Positions 46,407-55,662 of a DNA stretch of 64,000 nucleotides are shown here, in pieces. Each line of letters opens with the position of its first letter. Positions within the stretch are counted from its first letter, which is position 1. Under the pieces are notes generated by a model, which searched no databases, was not told where the DNA came from, and saw nothing but the letters and a program-made list of their open reading frames with translations. Source of the DNA: an uncultured Chloroflexia bacterium (lineage in GTDB: Bacteria > Chloroflexota > Chloroflexia > Thermomicrobiales > UBA6265); NCBI GenBank assembly GCA_963724295.1, contig CAVRUC010000004.1:96001-160000 (forward strand), written 5' to 3'. Made by a program: the position numbers and the translations under genes.

Positions 46407-46493
46407 TAGGACGAGAAGAAGCGGAAAAGCCGATTGTCGATAAGCCATCACCCGACATCAGTCACCGAATAATGACGAGGAGGCAACTGCAGC

Positions 46494-47285
46494 GTGTTCG
46501 AGAATCTCGGCAAGAAGAAGGTCGTCCTCGGCATGGTCCACCTGGGCGCACTGCCCGGCACGCCGTTCGCCGCCGAGGGAAGCTACGCGGCCGTGAGGGA
46601 CAAGGCCCTGAGCGATGCTCGCGCGTTGAAAGCGGGCGGCGCGGACGGCTGCGTGGTGCAGAACGCGGGCGATCGGGTGTTCGCCACCGATCAGGCCGAC
46701 CCGATCATCGTGGCCGCCATGGCCGATATCGTGCGTGCCATCGCCGACGCGACCGGGCCTGACTTTCAGATCGGCGTGCAGATCTTGCGCAACGATCTCA
46801 AGGCGGCGCTGGCGATTGCCCAGGTCTGCGGCGGGTCGTTTTTGCGCTGTGGCGCGCTCGTCGGCACGACTGTCACCGCATCCGGCATCATGGAAGGCGA
46901 CCCCTACGACTTCCAGGCCTACCGCACCCGGATCGGTGCGACGCACGTCGAGTTGATCGCCGAGATCCATTCGATGCACTTCACCTGGCTGGGGGGCCGA
47001 CCGGTCGGCGAGATCGCTCGCAACGCGCGCTCCGCCGGCGCCGCTGCTGTCGGGCTCTGTGATCCCGACGAGGAGCTGACTCTGCGGCTCATCGAGGAGG
47101 TCAAGACCGCCGCACCCGGGCTGCCGGTCATCGTCGGTGGCTACACCGACCACGATAACGTGAGCCGGCTGCTTGCCAACGCCGACGGCGCGATCGTCGG
47201 TAGCTGCTTCGAGCGAGGTGGACGGGGCGGCGCGGTGCAAGTCGACGCGGTACGCGAGTACGTCGAGATCGTCTCCCGGCTCTAG
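46494..47285 (+). CDS. BtpA/SgcQ family TIM-barrel protein
   Basis: GMVHLGALPGTP, DARAL..GGADG, GVQILRND, ADGAIVGS; GAGGAGG RBS. Confidence 0.9.
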   Translation: MFENLGKKKVVLGMVHLGALPGTPFAAEGSYAAVRDKALSDARALKAGGADGCVVQNAGDRVFATDQADPIIVAAMADIVRAIADATGPDFQIGVQILRNDLKAALAIAQVCGGSFLRCGALVGTTVTASGIMEGDPYDFQAYRTRIGATHVELIAEIHSMHFTWLGGRPVGEIARNARSAGAAAVGLCDPDEELTLRLIEEVKTAAPGLPVIVGGYTDHDNVSRLLANADGAIVGSCFERGGRGGAVQVDAVREYVEIVSRL

Positions 47286-47302
47286 AGCACACCCCGGACG
47301 TC

Positions 47303-48253
47303 GTGCCGGTCTCAGGAATGCCGCCATCGATGGTCGACTGCGAGTACGTCATCTACGGCAAGATCATCATCGACGACATCGTGGTTGCCGGCAGCCGCGT
47401 GCGCAGCGTGCTCGGCGGAGGTGGTCCTCAAGCGGCCTTCGGGGCTCGAATCTGGAGCGATTCGGTAGGTTTCCTGTCGCGCTCCGGCAGCGATCTGGCC
47501 CCTACGCACATCGACACGCTGCGGGCGCTCGACGTCGACCTCACCGGCTGGCGCCAGTACCCGGAAATCCCGACCCCGCGAACGCTGATGCAGTACGACG
47601 AAGAGGAATACCTGACCGGTGGCCTCATCACCAGCCGAGACGATTGGGCGCGCCTCCTGGGCGAGACGCTGCCGCTGCCGCCTGCCTACCAGCACCCGCG
47701 GGCCATTCATCTGGTGACCGAATTTCCCCAGGAGCCGATGGTCGACACGGCCCTGGAACTGCGCCGGCAAGGAGCCATCGTCTCGCTGGAACCGCTCACC
47801 GTCACCTTCTCCAGTGTCGATTGGGACCGGATGGTGTCGCTGATGGGGAAGGTCGACCTCGTCACGCCCGATTGGCCAACGGCAAGCAGACAGGCCGGGC
47901 ATGACGACCCTACGCGAGTCATCCGCTATTGGTCCACGCTCGGCCCGGCGATGATTGCGGTTCGTCATGGCGCCCGCGGCTCCTATGTCTGGAGCCGGGA
48001 CTCCGACGAGGCCTGGCACATCCCGGCCGTGCCGACGGAGGTCGTCGATCCCACCGGGGCCGGCAACGCCTACGGCGGGGGACTCTGCGTTGGCTGGACG
48101 ACATCGGGAGACGCGCGTCAGGCCGGCTGCTACGGTGCGATCTCGGCCGCGATGCTCGTGCGTCAGGTGGGGCTGCCGCCCGTGTCGACTGAACTTCGGC
48201 ACGAAGCGGAACGTCTCATCGAACAGACCGTGGCGGCCACGCGCCGGCTCTAG
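47303..48253 (+). CDS. PfkB-family kinase-like protein (GAGN variant); start may be ATG 47330
   Basis: IIIDDIV, LGGGG, VRHGARGS, VVDPTGAGNAYGGG. Confidence 0.85.
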   Translation: MPVSGMPPSMVDCEYVIYGKIIIDDIVVAGSRVRSVLGGGGPQAAFGARIWSDSVGFLSRSGSDLAPTHIDTLRALDVDLTGWRQYPEIPTPRTLMQYDEEEYLTGGLITSRDDWARLLGETLPLPPAYQHPRAIHLVTEFPQEPMVDTALELRRQGAIVSLEPLTVTFSSVDWDRMVSLMGKVDLVTPDWPTASRQAGHDDPTRVIRYWSTLGPAMIAVRHGARGSYVWSRDSDEAWHIPAVPTEVVDPTGAGNAYGGGLCVGWTTSGDARQAGCYGAISAAMLVRQVGLPPVSTELRHEAERLIEQTVAATRRL

Positions 48254-48264
48254 GCCGCAACCAG

Positions 48265-48290
48265 TGTCATCCCGAGGCACGAGGGATATC
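48265..48290 (+). repeat. GTCATCC-type REP-like palindrome
   Basis: TGTCATCCCGAGGCACGAGGGATATC, just after the PfkB stop. Confidence 0.5.
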
Positions 48291-48383
48291 GTCGTGGTCC
48301 TCGGTGCTGCGACTGTCGAGTCCGGTGTCTGAGGACCGTTCGTTGCCGATCGGCTATCAGCCGTTCGGGTGTGGGGTGCGGAG

Positions 48384-48468
48384 CCGAACTTCCCGAACTT
48401 CCCGAACTTCTGAGGGTCAGGGAGGCCGGAAAGTTCACGGTGCTGCCGCTGGACGCCTTCCGGCCTCC
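48384..48468. repeat. 9-bp tandem repeat (CCGAACTTC)x3 followed by an 11-bp inverted repeat
   Basis: Array 48384-48410; GGAGGCCGGAA (48421-48431) / TTCCGGCCTCC (48458-48468) between convergent genes. Confidence 0.8.
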
Positions 48469-48523
48469 GTCCTCGGAGCTCTATGACTGACGCGATGGAC
48501 TGTGCGCCAGTGGCCGCAGATCG

Positions 48524-49918
48524 CTATTCAGCCTCGTCCCAGCCGCACCACTCCGCCATGGCCAGGGCCAGGGTCAGCGTCGCCCGCATCAGATCACGCT
48601 CCGTGACGTGCTCGTCGGGCTGATGGGCGACGCTTGGCGCGCCCGGCCCGAAGTTGACGGTCGGGATGCCGGCGTTGACGAGCAGCCCCATGTCGGCGTG
48701 GCTCGACCATCCTTCGACATTGCTCTCCGCGCCGGCCTGCCGCGCCGCGGCGTGCACCGTCTGCGTCAACGGATGGTCGCCAGGGGTCTCCGCGCAATCG
48801 GCGTCGATCAGCCACTCGATCCGCGGCGGATGCTCCTGGAGCCAGTCATCGTGTGCCGCGACTTCCGCGAAGAAGCGCTCCAGCTCCGTCTTCACGTGCC
48901 CGCCCAGTCCCCGCTCGTCGCGTTCAGCCGGGAGGTACTGGGCATCGAAGGTGATCCGCATTCCGCTGGCGTAGGCGGTGGGATATTCGCCGGCGTCCAG
49001 CATCGAAACTTTCACCTGGCATGGGAGCGGCAGCAATGGATGCTGCTTGGACGGGCTGGCGGCCCAGCGCGCATTGAGCTGGTCAATGGCGTCGAGGACC
49101 ACGCGGCCGAGGGCAATGGCGTCGACAGCGCCGCCCTCTCGCCAGTGCGGCTGGGGCATCTCGATGTGCCCGGCGCGGCCGGGGATGGTGACTCTGCCCC
49201 AGACGATGCCGCGGCAGAGGGGGGCGACATGGAGATTGGTCGGCTCTGGGACGATCGCCCCGTCAGCCCGGTAGCCGCGGTCGACCAGCGCCAGGGTTCC
49301 CATGCCGCCCGCCTCCTCGTCGACGACCGAGGCGAGGGTTACGTCGCCGCGTAGCCGTATCCCAGCGGCGCGCAAGGCCTCCAGCGCGGCGACGGAGGCC
49401 GTCAGGCCGGCCTTCATGTCGGCCGTGCCCCGGCCGAAGATGGCGCCATCGTGCCGGTCCGCGCCGAATGGGTCGCCAGTCCAGCCCTCCCCCGCGCTCA
49501 CGACGTCGACGTGACCGAGCAGCAGGAGGGAGCGACCGCCGCCGCTCCCTGGCAGGGTGGCCGCGAGGTTGGGACGGCCGCGGAAATCGCGATCCGGGTA
49601 GTAGCCGGGTCCGCCCGCATACTGAGCCAGGTCTCCGGCAACTGGCTCCCATCGATCGAGTTGCCCGCCGAGGCGCGTCAGTCGATCGGCAAGGATGTCC
49701 TGGACATCGCCTTCCCGGGAAGGCTCGCGGGAGCCGGTGAAGTACGGGTTCACACTGGGGACTCGCACAAGCTCCTGCAGCAATGCGACCGTCTCTTCGT
49801 GGCGCCGGCTCACGGCCGTAGCGACGGGGTCGAGCAGTCGAGCAGTCGAGGAGTCGGGCCGACCGGACCCATCGCTTGCTGTCTCGCCGTCGCGCCGTCC
49901 TGCCGTCTTCCGTGCCAC
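48524..49918 (-). CDS. ArgE/DapE-family (M20A) deacylase
   Basis: GTG after GGAGGAG; LLGHVDVV, GRGTADMKAG, VDEEAGG, EPT, AHQPDE. Confidence 0.9.
   Translation of the reverse strand: MARKTAGRRDGETASDGSGRPDSSTARLLDPVATAVSRRHEETVALLQELVRVPSVNPYFTGSREPSREGDVQDILADRLTRLGGQLDRWEPVAGDLAQYAGGPGYYPDRDFRGRPNLAATLPGSGGGRSLLLLGHVDVVSAGEGWTGDPFGADRHDGAIFGRGTADMKAGLTASVAALEALRAAGIRLRGDVTLASVVDEEAGGMGTLALVDRGYRADGAIVPEPTNLHVAPLCRGIVWGRVTIPGRAGHIEMPQPHWREGGAVDAIALGRVVLDAIDQLNARWAASPSKQHPLLPLPCQVKVSMLDAGEYPTAYASGMRITFDAQYLPAERDERGLGGHVKTELERFFAEVAAHDDWLQEHPPRIEWLIDADCAETPGDHPLTQTVHAAARQAGAESNVEGWSSHADMGLLVNAGIPTVNFGPGAPSVAHQPDEHVTERDLMRATLTLALAMAEWCGWDEAE
49829..49909. repeat. In-frame micro-arrays (GTCGAGNA)x3-4 and (GCCGTCNN)x4 in the ArgE N-terminus
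   Basis: Same octamer families as at 46349-46406 and 45304-45335. Confidence 0.8.
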
Positions 49919-49919
49919 C

Positions 49920-50948
49920 TCAATCTCCTCCGGCGAAGACCCGGCGCGGGTTGTCGACGAGTAATGTCTCGATTTCCTGCTCCGAGAAGCCGTGGCGGCG
50001 CAGCCGTGGCACGAAATTATCGAGAATATGGGCGTAGCCGGTTCCGCCATAGCGCACGAGCTGAATCTTGATAAAGACGTCTTGCGAGATGAGGACGCTT
50101 CCGAGCAGCCCGGCATCCCGCAGACGCAGGAGCGCCCGCGCATTCTCCTCATCGGAAGGAGACTGCGCCTGCTGATCGGCGTAGAAGTAGTCCATGCCGA
50201 TCATGTCGTATTCCAGCCACGCGCCACGCTCGGCGAGCCGCGCCTGGTAGTCGAAATCCTCCCCACTTGGGTTCATGTGGCAGAGCACCGTCCGCCGCAG
50301 ATCGCCGCCTTCCTCGGCCACGACGTCGAGGACGCGCTCGCCATGGCGCTCCCATCCCGGCAGATGGACTTCGAGCGGCACACTGGTGGCATGTTGCGCG
50401 CGGGCGGCGCCTCGCAGCACCTTCTCTTCATCGGCGGTGAAGTCTTTGGAGATCCCGATCTCGCCGATGATCCCGGCGCGGACGCCGTCGACACCATCGA
50501 CCACGTCCTGCGTGATCTCTTCCGCGACCGCCTCGAGGCTCATCTCCCGCACGTGAGGCGGATGCGCGGGATGGAGGTAATAGCCCGTGCCCATGATCAC
50601 GTGCAGACCCGTAGCGCGAGCGATCCGCTGCAACGCGCGCGGGTCACGGCCAATGCCGCGGCAGGTTGGATCGACGACGGTCTCGCCACCGGCGAGCCGA
50701 AATCGTCGCACCTCCTCGGTGGCGGTCGCCTCATCGAAAAGCTCGCAGTTGTCCCGGCACATGAATGGATCGTAGCGGAGCAGTCCCAGCACCTCGATCG
50801 ACACCGGCTGGTATGCCACCGGGCGCAAGGTCGCCGCCTCAGGTTCCCTGAACCAGGGTGTGGCGTCGAGCAGGAGGTGCTCGTGCATGAGCGTAACCCC
50901 GAGCTGCTCAGGCGCGATCGGACCGAGAACGGTGTTGACGCTTGTCAA
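49920..50948 (-). CDS. Phosphotriesterase-related (PHP) amidohydrolase
   Basis: TLMHEHL, GIGRDP, IGEIG, VHLP, CHMN, ISQDV, NPRR. Confidence 0.92.
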   Translation of the reverse strand: MTSVNTVLGPIAPEQLGVTLMHEHLLLDATPWFREPEAATLRPVAYQPVSIEVLGLLRYDPFMCRDNCELFDEATATEEVRRFRLAGGETVVDPTCRGIGRDPRALQRIARATGLHVIMGTGYYLHPAHPPHVREMSLEAVAEEITQDVVDGVDGVRAGIIGEIGISKDFTADEEKVLRGAARAQHATSVPLEVHLPGWERHGERVLDVVAEEGGDLRRTVLCHMNPSGEDFDYQARLAERGAWLEYDMIGMDYFYADQQAQSPSDEENARALLRLRDAGLLGSVLISQDVFIKIQLVRYGGTGYAHILDNFVPRLRRHGFSEQEIETLLVDNPRRVFAGGD

Positions 50949-50976
50949 AGTGGTTTTCCTTCCAAATCACGACACC

Positions 50977-52728
50977 CTATGCCTCGACCGGTGACAGGTC
51001 CGGGGCGCTCATCCACCGCCGAAGGGTCTGGCCGCCGTCGATGAGCAGCGCCGCGCCGGTGATGTGCCGCGCCTGGTCCGAGGCGAGGAAGGCGACCGCG
51101 GCGGCAACATCCTCTGGCTGGCCCACTCGACCGAGCGGAATCCGATCGGCGAATTCGGCGAAGAAGCTCGCTTCATCACCCCGCTCTTGCTGGCGAAAGC
51201 TCAGTCGCGTCTGGATGATGCCGGGACAGATGGTATTCGCCCGGATGCCATAGGGAGCGACTTGCAGGGCCAGGGATTTGGTGAGCGCTTCTACCGCCGC
51301 TTTGCTGGCCATGTAGGCGGCGCCGCCCGTGATGGTGTCGTGTCGCCCGGTCGACGAGCCCATGTTGACGATCGCCCCACCGCCGGATCGAATCAGCGCC
51401 GGGACACCGTACTTACAGCCGAGGAAGACACCGCGCACATTGATGGCGAGGACCTCCTCCCAATGATCGGCCGGCGTGTCGACGAGCGACAGGTCGCGAC
51501 TGCCCACCCCGGCGTTGTTGAACAGCACGTCGATCTGGCCGAAGTGCGCCTCGGCGGCCGCGATGGCGGCGGCAAGTGACTGCTCGTCGGCGACGTCGGC
51601 CTCCAGCGCCAGCGCGACGCGGCCCTCAGCGACAAGGTGTTCCGCCAACTGGGCCACGGCGGCGCCGTCACGATCGAGGAGAGCCAGCCTGGCGCCCTCG
51701 AGCCCAAAACGGCGCGCGGCGGCGCTGCCGAGACCACCCGCGGCGCCGGTGATGAGCACCGTGCGATCCCGGAAGCGCTGACGTTGGGAAGTCTCAGCGC
51801 TGCTCCCGCGACGCCCCTCATCCCCAACCGCCTCTCCAAGACCCTCACCCCAACCCCTCTCCCAGTGCGCTGGGAGAGGGGCTTTCGACGCCGTCACCGG
51901 CAGTTCTCCCTTCTCCCCGCTCCGAGGGGAGAAGGGCTGGGGATGAGGGGTGTTCGGGGAGAAGTGTTGCGGGTAATGGCCATCGCGCGGGGCGTTGCTC
52001 CAGCTCTGCAGCGACTGGCCGCCGTCGACGACGAGAGTGCTGCCGTTGATGTGGCGGGCATCCGAGGAGAGCAGGAACGTGATCGCGTCGACGATGTCGT
52101 CGGGACTGGCGGCCCGGCCCAACGGGATGCGACCGCGCACGTCCGGTAGCAGCGCCGGCTGTCCCGTCTCGTCGTCCTCCAGAAGACCCATGGCGACGGC
52201 GTTGACGCGAATCCCGTCGCGACCGCCAGACAATGCCAGCGAGCGCGTCAGCGCCAGCAAGCCTGCTTGACTCGCGCTGTAACCTCCGGCACCCTCGTGC
52301 GTGTCCCAGCCCGCGAGCACGGACGTCACAAAGACGATTGCCGCGTCGCCTCCAGTCATCAACGGCATCACATGGTTGCAGCCCAACATGGCGCCCTCGA
52401 CAAGGTCAGAGAACGCCGTGTCGTGGCTCTTCTGGCCGGCGCCACGCGGGCTGTCGGGACCTGCATACCCACTCACCGCGTGAATGAACGCCAGTGGAGC
52501 CACCCCGTCATCGCTCAGGCGCTCTGGAGCGCCTGCCATGTTGCAGGCTCCGGGAGCGGACCTTGGAATTCCAATCTCGGCGGCAAGGTGCGACGTGACA
52601 CCTGGCGGATCGACCGTCACGACCCGCCATCGTTCATCACGCAGCCGGGATACCAGCGCACTGCCCACTAGACTGTCGCTCCCGCAGACGATCGCAACCG
52701 GTGCGTTCGGTTCAGCTTTTGGGCTCAC
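50977..52728 (-). CDS. Tandem SDR oxidoreductase (degenerate N-terminal SDR + intact C-terminal SDR) with REP-derived linker
   Basis: N-domain CGSDSLVG / YSASQ / VDGG; C-domain TGAAGGLG / NNAG / YMASK / IDGG. Confidence 0.82.
   Translation of the reverse strand: MSPKAEPNAPVAIVCGSDSLVGSALVSRLRDERWRVVTVDPPGVTSHLAAEIGIPRSAPGACNMAGAPERLSDDGVAPLAFIHAVSGYAGPDSPRGAGQKSHDTAFSDLVEGAMLGCNHVMPLMTGGDAAIVFVTSVLAGWDTHEGAGGYSASQAGLLALTRSLALSGGRDGIRVNAVAMGLLEDDETGQPALLPDVRGRIPLGRAASPDDIVDAITFLLSSDARHINGSTLVVDGGQSLQSWSNAPRDGHYPQHFSPNTPHPQPFSPRSGEKGELPVTASKAPLPAHWERGWGEGLGEAVGDEGRRGSSAETSQRQRFRDRTVLITGAAGGLGSAAARRFGLEGARLALLDRDGAAVAQLAEHLVAEGRVALALEADVADEQSLAAAIAAAEAHFGQIDVLFNNAGVGSRDLSLVDTPADHWEEVLAINVRGVFLGCKYGVPALIRSGGGAIVNMGSSTGRHDTITGGAAYMASKAAVEALTKSLALQVAPYGIRANTICPGIIQTRLSFRQQERGDEASFFAEFADRIPLGRVGQPEDVAAAVAFLASDQARHITGAALLIDGGQTLRRWMSAPDLSPVEA
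51814..51950. repeat. Inverted pair (plus one partial copy) of CCCTCAnCCC-tailed palindromic elements inside the SDR ORF
   Basis: 51842-51881: tail + 12-bp perfect stem; 51908-51950: 11-bp stem + tail on the opposite strand; partial copy 51814-51837. Confidence 0.88.
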
Positions 52729-53393
52729 TGGGCCACCGTCCCTGTTTCGCCACGCTGCAGCAAGAGCTGGCGCAGCATGACCGTCTGAATCATGGCAATT
52801 GCCGAGAAGAAGACGAGGAGGACTGGCCCGGCCAAGGCAACGGCGGCAATGGCAAGGACGAGAACGGTCACCAGCAGGGAGAGACTCGAGAGTGGGTAGC
52901 CGAGTGCCATCAGCAATGCCTCATGCATGATCTCCCACGGGCGGCTCCCCGTTCGCTCCAGCAGCAGGGGGTAGACGTACAACTGCGCGGTGATCCAGGC
53001 CAAGCCGATCAATCCAATCGGCCCGACGAGCCAGCGAAGTGGCTCGGTGCTACTCCCCGCGTAGAACACCAGCGCGACCGTGATCACCACCGTGCCGACC
53101 AGGTCGATGATCGAAAGCACGCTGCTTCGCAGCCAATACTGCCTGAGCCCATCCCAGAAATCAGCGAGGCGGGCTTCCTGGAGAGGCGAGTCGAGCTCTT
53201 CCTGGACCACGCGGCGGACGAGGTAGAAGAGACCGGCGGTAGCCGCCGGCCAGGTAACGACGAGCAGGCTCAGCAGCAGCCACAGGATGTTCGCCACCAC
53301 CAGCATGCCCAGATGTCTCCAGAACAGCCGCGAAGCAGTCGATACGCTGACCCACACCATCGCGCGTCCTCCGGAATCGATGAGCGACGGCAT
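52725..53393 (-). CDS. DUF624/YesL-like membrane protein
   Basis: NILWLLLSL..TWPAATAGL pattern; 5-6 TM; family typically accompanies sugar ABC loci. Confidence 0.75.
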   Translation of the reverse strand: MPSLIDSGGRAMVWVSVSTASRLFWRHLGMLVVANILWLLLSLLVVTWPAATAGLFYLVRRVVQEELDSPLQEARLADFWDGLRQYWLRSSVLSIIDLVGTVVITVALVFYAGSSTEPLRWLVGPIGLIGLAWITAQLYVYPLLLERTGSRPWEIMHEALLMALGYPLSSLSLLVTVLVLAIAAVALAGPVLLVFFSAIAMIQTVMLRQLLLQRGETGTVAQ

Positions 53394-53427
53394 GGCGGCG
53401 CGGTGGCGAGAGGTAGCCGCGAGACCT

Positions 53428-54444
53428 CTACGACGTGGCGCCGACCTGATTCGTCATGATTCGCTCTCGCGCCCACATCAAGCGACGCTGCGCTTCGACC
53501 CGCGTCTGCTCGTCGAAGATGGGGACGCCGAACTGCTCGATCGCGAAGCTCGCACTGACCGCGGCCCGGGCGCCTGCCTCTGCCGCATCCACGCCATTGC
53601 CAAGAGCGACCAGGAAGCCCCCGCAGTAGGCGTCGCCGGCGCCGGTGGTGTCGACGACAGTCGTTGGCACCGCGGGGACCATATGGATCTCCCCTGCAGC
53701 CGTTGCCACCAGCGACCCGCGGGCGCCCATGCGCAGGGCAACGATCTGCACGCCCCAGCCTAGCAGTGTCTCGATCGTCCCTTCGGCAGTGCCATGGCCG
53801 GTCATCTGACGCGCCTCGTCGAGATCGGGCGAGACGAGGTCGACCCGCGATAGCACGGCGTGAAACTCATCGCTGGTCCCGGTGAACTGGAGCGCGGTCG
53901 GCTCCCAGACTATGCAGGCAGCGGGGTTGACCGCCCGCAGCTTCTCCACTAGGTCGGCCATCTGCGTAATCGTTCCGAAGTGAAGGTGGAAGCCTTGCGC
54001 TTCGAGATAGTCTGGCGGCATCTCCTCAAATCGAGCCTCGTGGCGGTAGAAGTCTTCGATGTCGGTGCGAAAGACCTCAACCCGCCGCTCGTCCGGCTCG
54101 AACAGCTGCCAGGCGCGGGCGGTGGGATAGGCGTCTCGCTCGATCAGACCACGCAGGTCGATGCCGAGTCGCTCGAGCTGTTCCCGGTGATCCCGACTAA
54201 AGTCGGAACCGACTGCCGCGAAGTACCCCAGGCGGTCCGACCAGATCCGCATTCCCACGAGCGCGTGGGTGGCCGATCCACCGAGGGTGTTGAAGAACGT
54301 GCGACCATCGGGCAGGACGATGTCGTCGATGATCAGCCCGGAATAAGCGATGTAGTCGGGAGTCGGAGGCCGGGAGTCGGAAGTACGGACCTCCGACCTC
54401 CGACCTCCGACCTCCGACTCGCTGCTTACCGACTCGTCGCTCAC
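53428..54444 (-). CDS. PfkB-family carbohydrate kinase (N-terminal ~30 aa repeat-derived)
   Basis: IIDDIVLPDG, LGGS, VGSDF, RMGARGS, VVDTTGAGDAYCGG. Confidence 0.9.
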   Translation of the reverse strand: MSDESVSSESEVGGRRSEVRTSDSRPPTPDYIAYSGLIIDDIVLPDGRTFFNTLGGSATHALVGMRIWSDRLGYFAAVGSDFSRDHREQLERLGIDLRGLIERDAYPTARAWQLFEPDERRVEVFRTDIEDFYRHEARFEEMPPDYLEAQGFHLHFGTITQMADLVEKLRAVNPAACIVWEPTALQFTGTSDEFHAVLSRVDLVSPDLDEARQMTGHGTAEGTIETLLGWGVQIVALRMGARGSLVATAAGEIHMVPAVPTTVVDTTGAGDAYCGGFLVALGNGVDAAEAGARAAVSASFAIEQFGVPIFDEQTRVEAQRRLMWARERIMTNQVGATS

Positions 54445-54458
54445 GGACTCACCGACTC
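54354..54458. repeat. Heptamer array (AGTCGGR)n abutting its reverse-complement-like array (ACCTCCG)x4, plus an ACCGACTC octamer array
   Basis: Read directly; spans the PfkB start and the SIS stop. Confidence 0.88.
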
Positions 54459-55580
54459 GATGACGGCGCTATTCCGGATCGTGATCCCGGTTGGCGCGTA
54501 GGCATCAGCGAAGCCCCGGAACGGAGGCTCACTCACGGCCTGCGAGAGGTACCCCGAAAAAAGCTCTCCAGCAACGGCATAGACCATCGGGCTGAAGACC
54601 TCCGGCACGTCGCCGACCACGGGCAGCACCCACGCCGCCCCTGTCGCGATCTGTTGGTCCCCCTCGGGGACCACGGCGATCACGGTCCGTCCGATTCTGC
54701 GCATGACCTCGACCAGCTCCGCCGCCCGCCCGTGGCCGCGGCCGCTGGGGGAGATGATGAAGGTGGGTGTCTCCGGGTCGACGTTGACGAAGTACTGGAG
54801 GTGTGCCCACTCTTCAGTGTCCTGACCCATTGCGTGCCGGCCCGCTGCCTCGATCACCTTGGCCGCCGAGAAGAGCGCCGTCGCGTAGTTCGGCCCGTCA
54901 CCGACGAAGACGAAGTTGTTCTGCTCGGCAACCGCCGCGGCCAGTTCACGGGTGCGATCCTCGATGGCCGGAATGGTGGCCGCGATGGCATCAGCAGTGC
55001 TCTTCAGCTGCTCGCGCATCTGACCGGCCTGATCCTGGGTCAGCCGGCCGTTCACCTCGGCCAGGCGAATAGCCAGCAGGTAGAGCATCAGCAGCGAAAC
55101 TCGATAGGAGCGGATACCCGGGGCAGGCGCAAAATCTGGCACCGAGCAGTCCAGGACCAACTCGGCGGCTCCGCCGACCGGCGAATCGGGGTTGGCCGTG
55201 ACGGCTACGGTCAGCGCCCCGGCGTTTCGCGCCAACGAGATCGCCTCCCGAGTGCGGGCGACCGTACCGGAGACGGAGATGCCGATCGTGAGCGGATTGC
55301 GGGGGAAGAGCTTATCGAAGTGCGGGGTCCCGTAGCGGGCGGCCTGCATCGAGGTCATCGGCTCGGTCGGGATGCCGGCGATCTGCTCGAAGGCCAATTC
55401 GGCCGCCAGACCCGCCATGTGGGAGTCGCCGCAGCCCACGATCATGATCCGCTTCACCGACAGACAGTCATTGTGGTTCAGAAGCCGGCGGACACGCATG
55501 TCCAGCGTTTCAAACTCGGAGTGGATCAGCTCCGGTAGGCTCTGTACCTGGGCGATAATGTTCCTCGCATCCTGTTCCAC
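54441..55580 (-). CDS. SIS-domain protein (GlmS/FrlB/AgaS-like sugar-phosphate isomerase or deglycase)
   Basis: GTG after AGAGGAG; VGCGDSH, ISVSGT, VTAN..S, GDGPNY..A...KVIE, EEWAH. Confidence 0.87.
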   Translation of the reverse strand: MEQDARNIIAQVQSLPELIHSEFETLDMRVRRLLNHNDCLSVKRIMIVGCGDSHMAGLAAELAFEQIAGIPTEPMTSMQAARYGTPHFDKLFPRNPLTIGISVSGTVARTREAISLARNAGALTVAVTANPDSPVGGAAELVLDCSVPDFAPAPGIRSYRVSLLMLYLLAIRLAEVNGRLTQDQAGQMREQLKSTADAIAATIPAIEDRTRELAAAVAEQNNFVFVGDGPNYATALFSAAKVIEAAGRHAMGQDTEEWAHLQYFVNVDPETPTFIISPSGRGHGRAAELVEVMRRIGRTVIAVVPEGDQQIATGAAWVLPVVGDVPEVFSPMVYAVAGELFSGYLSQAVSEPPFRGFADAYAPTGITIRNSAVIESVSP

Positions 55581-55662
55581 GATTACTCCTCTGATTTCCT
55601 CTCGTGGGCGAAACCAGTGCCGCCCTTTCGCAAATTGCGATCGTCGTGCGTTAGACCGAGCC

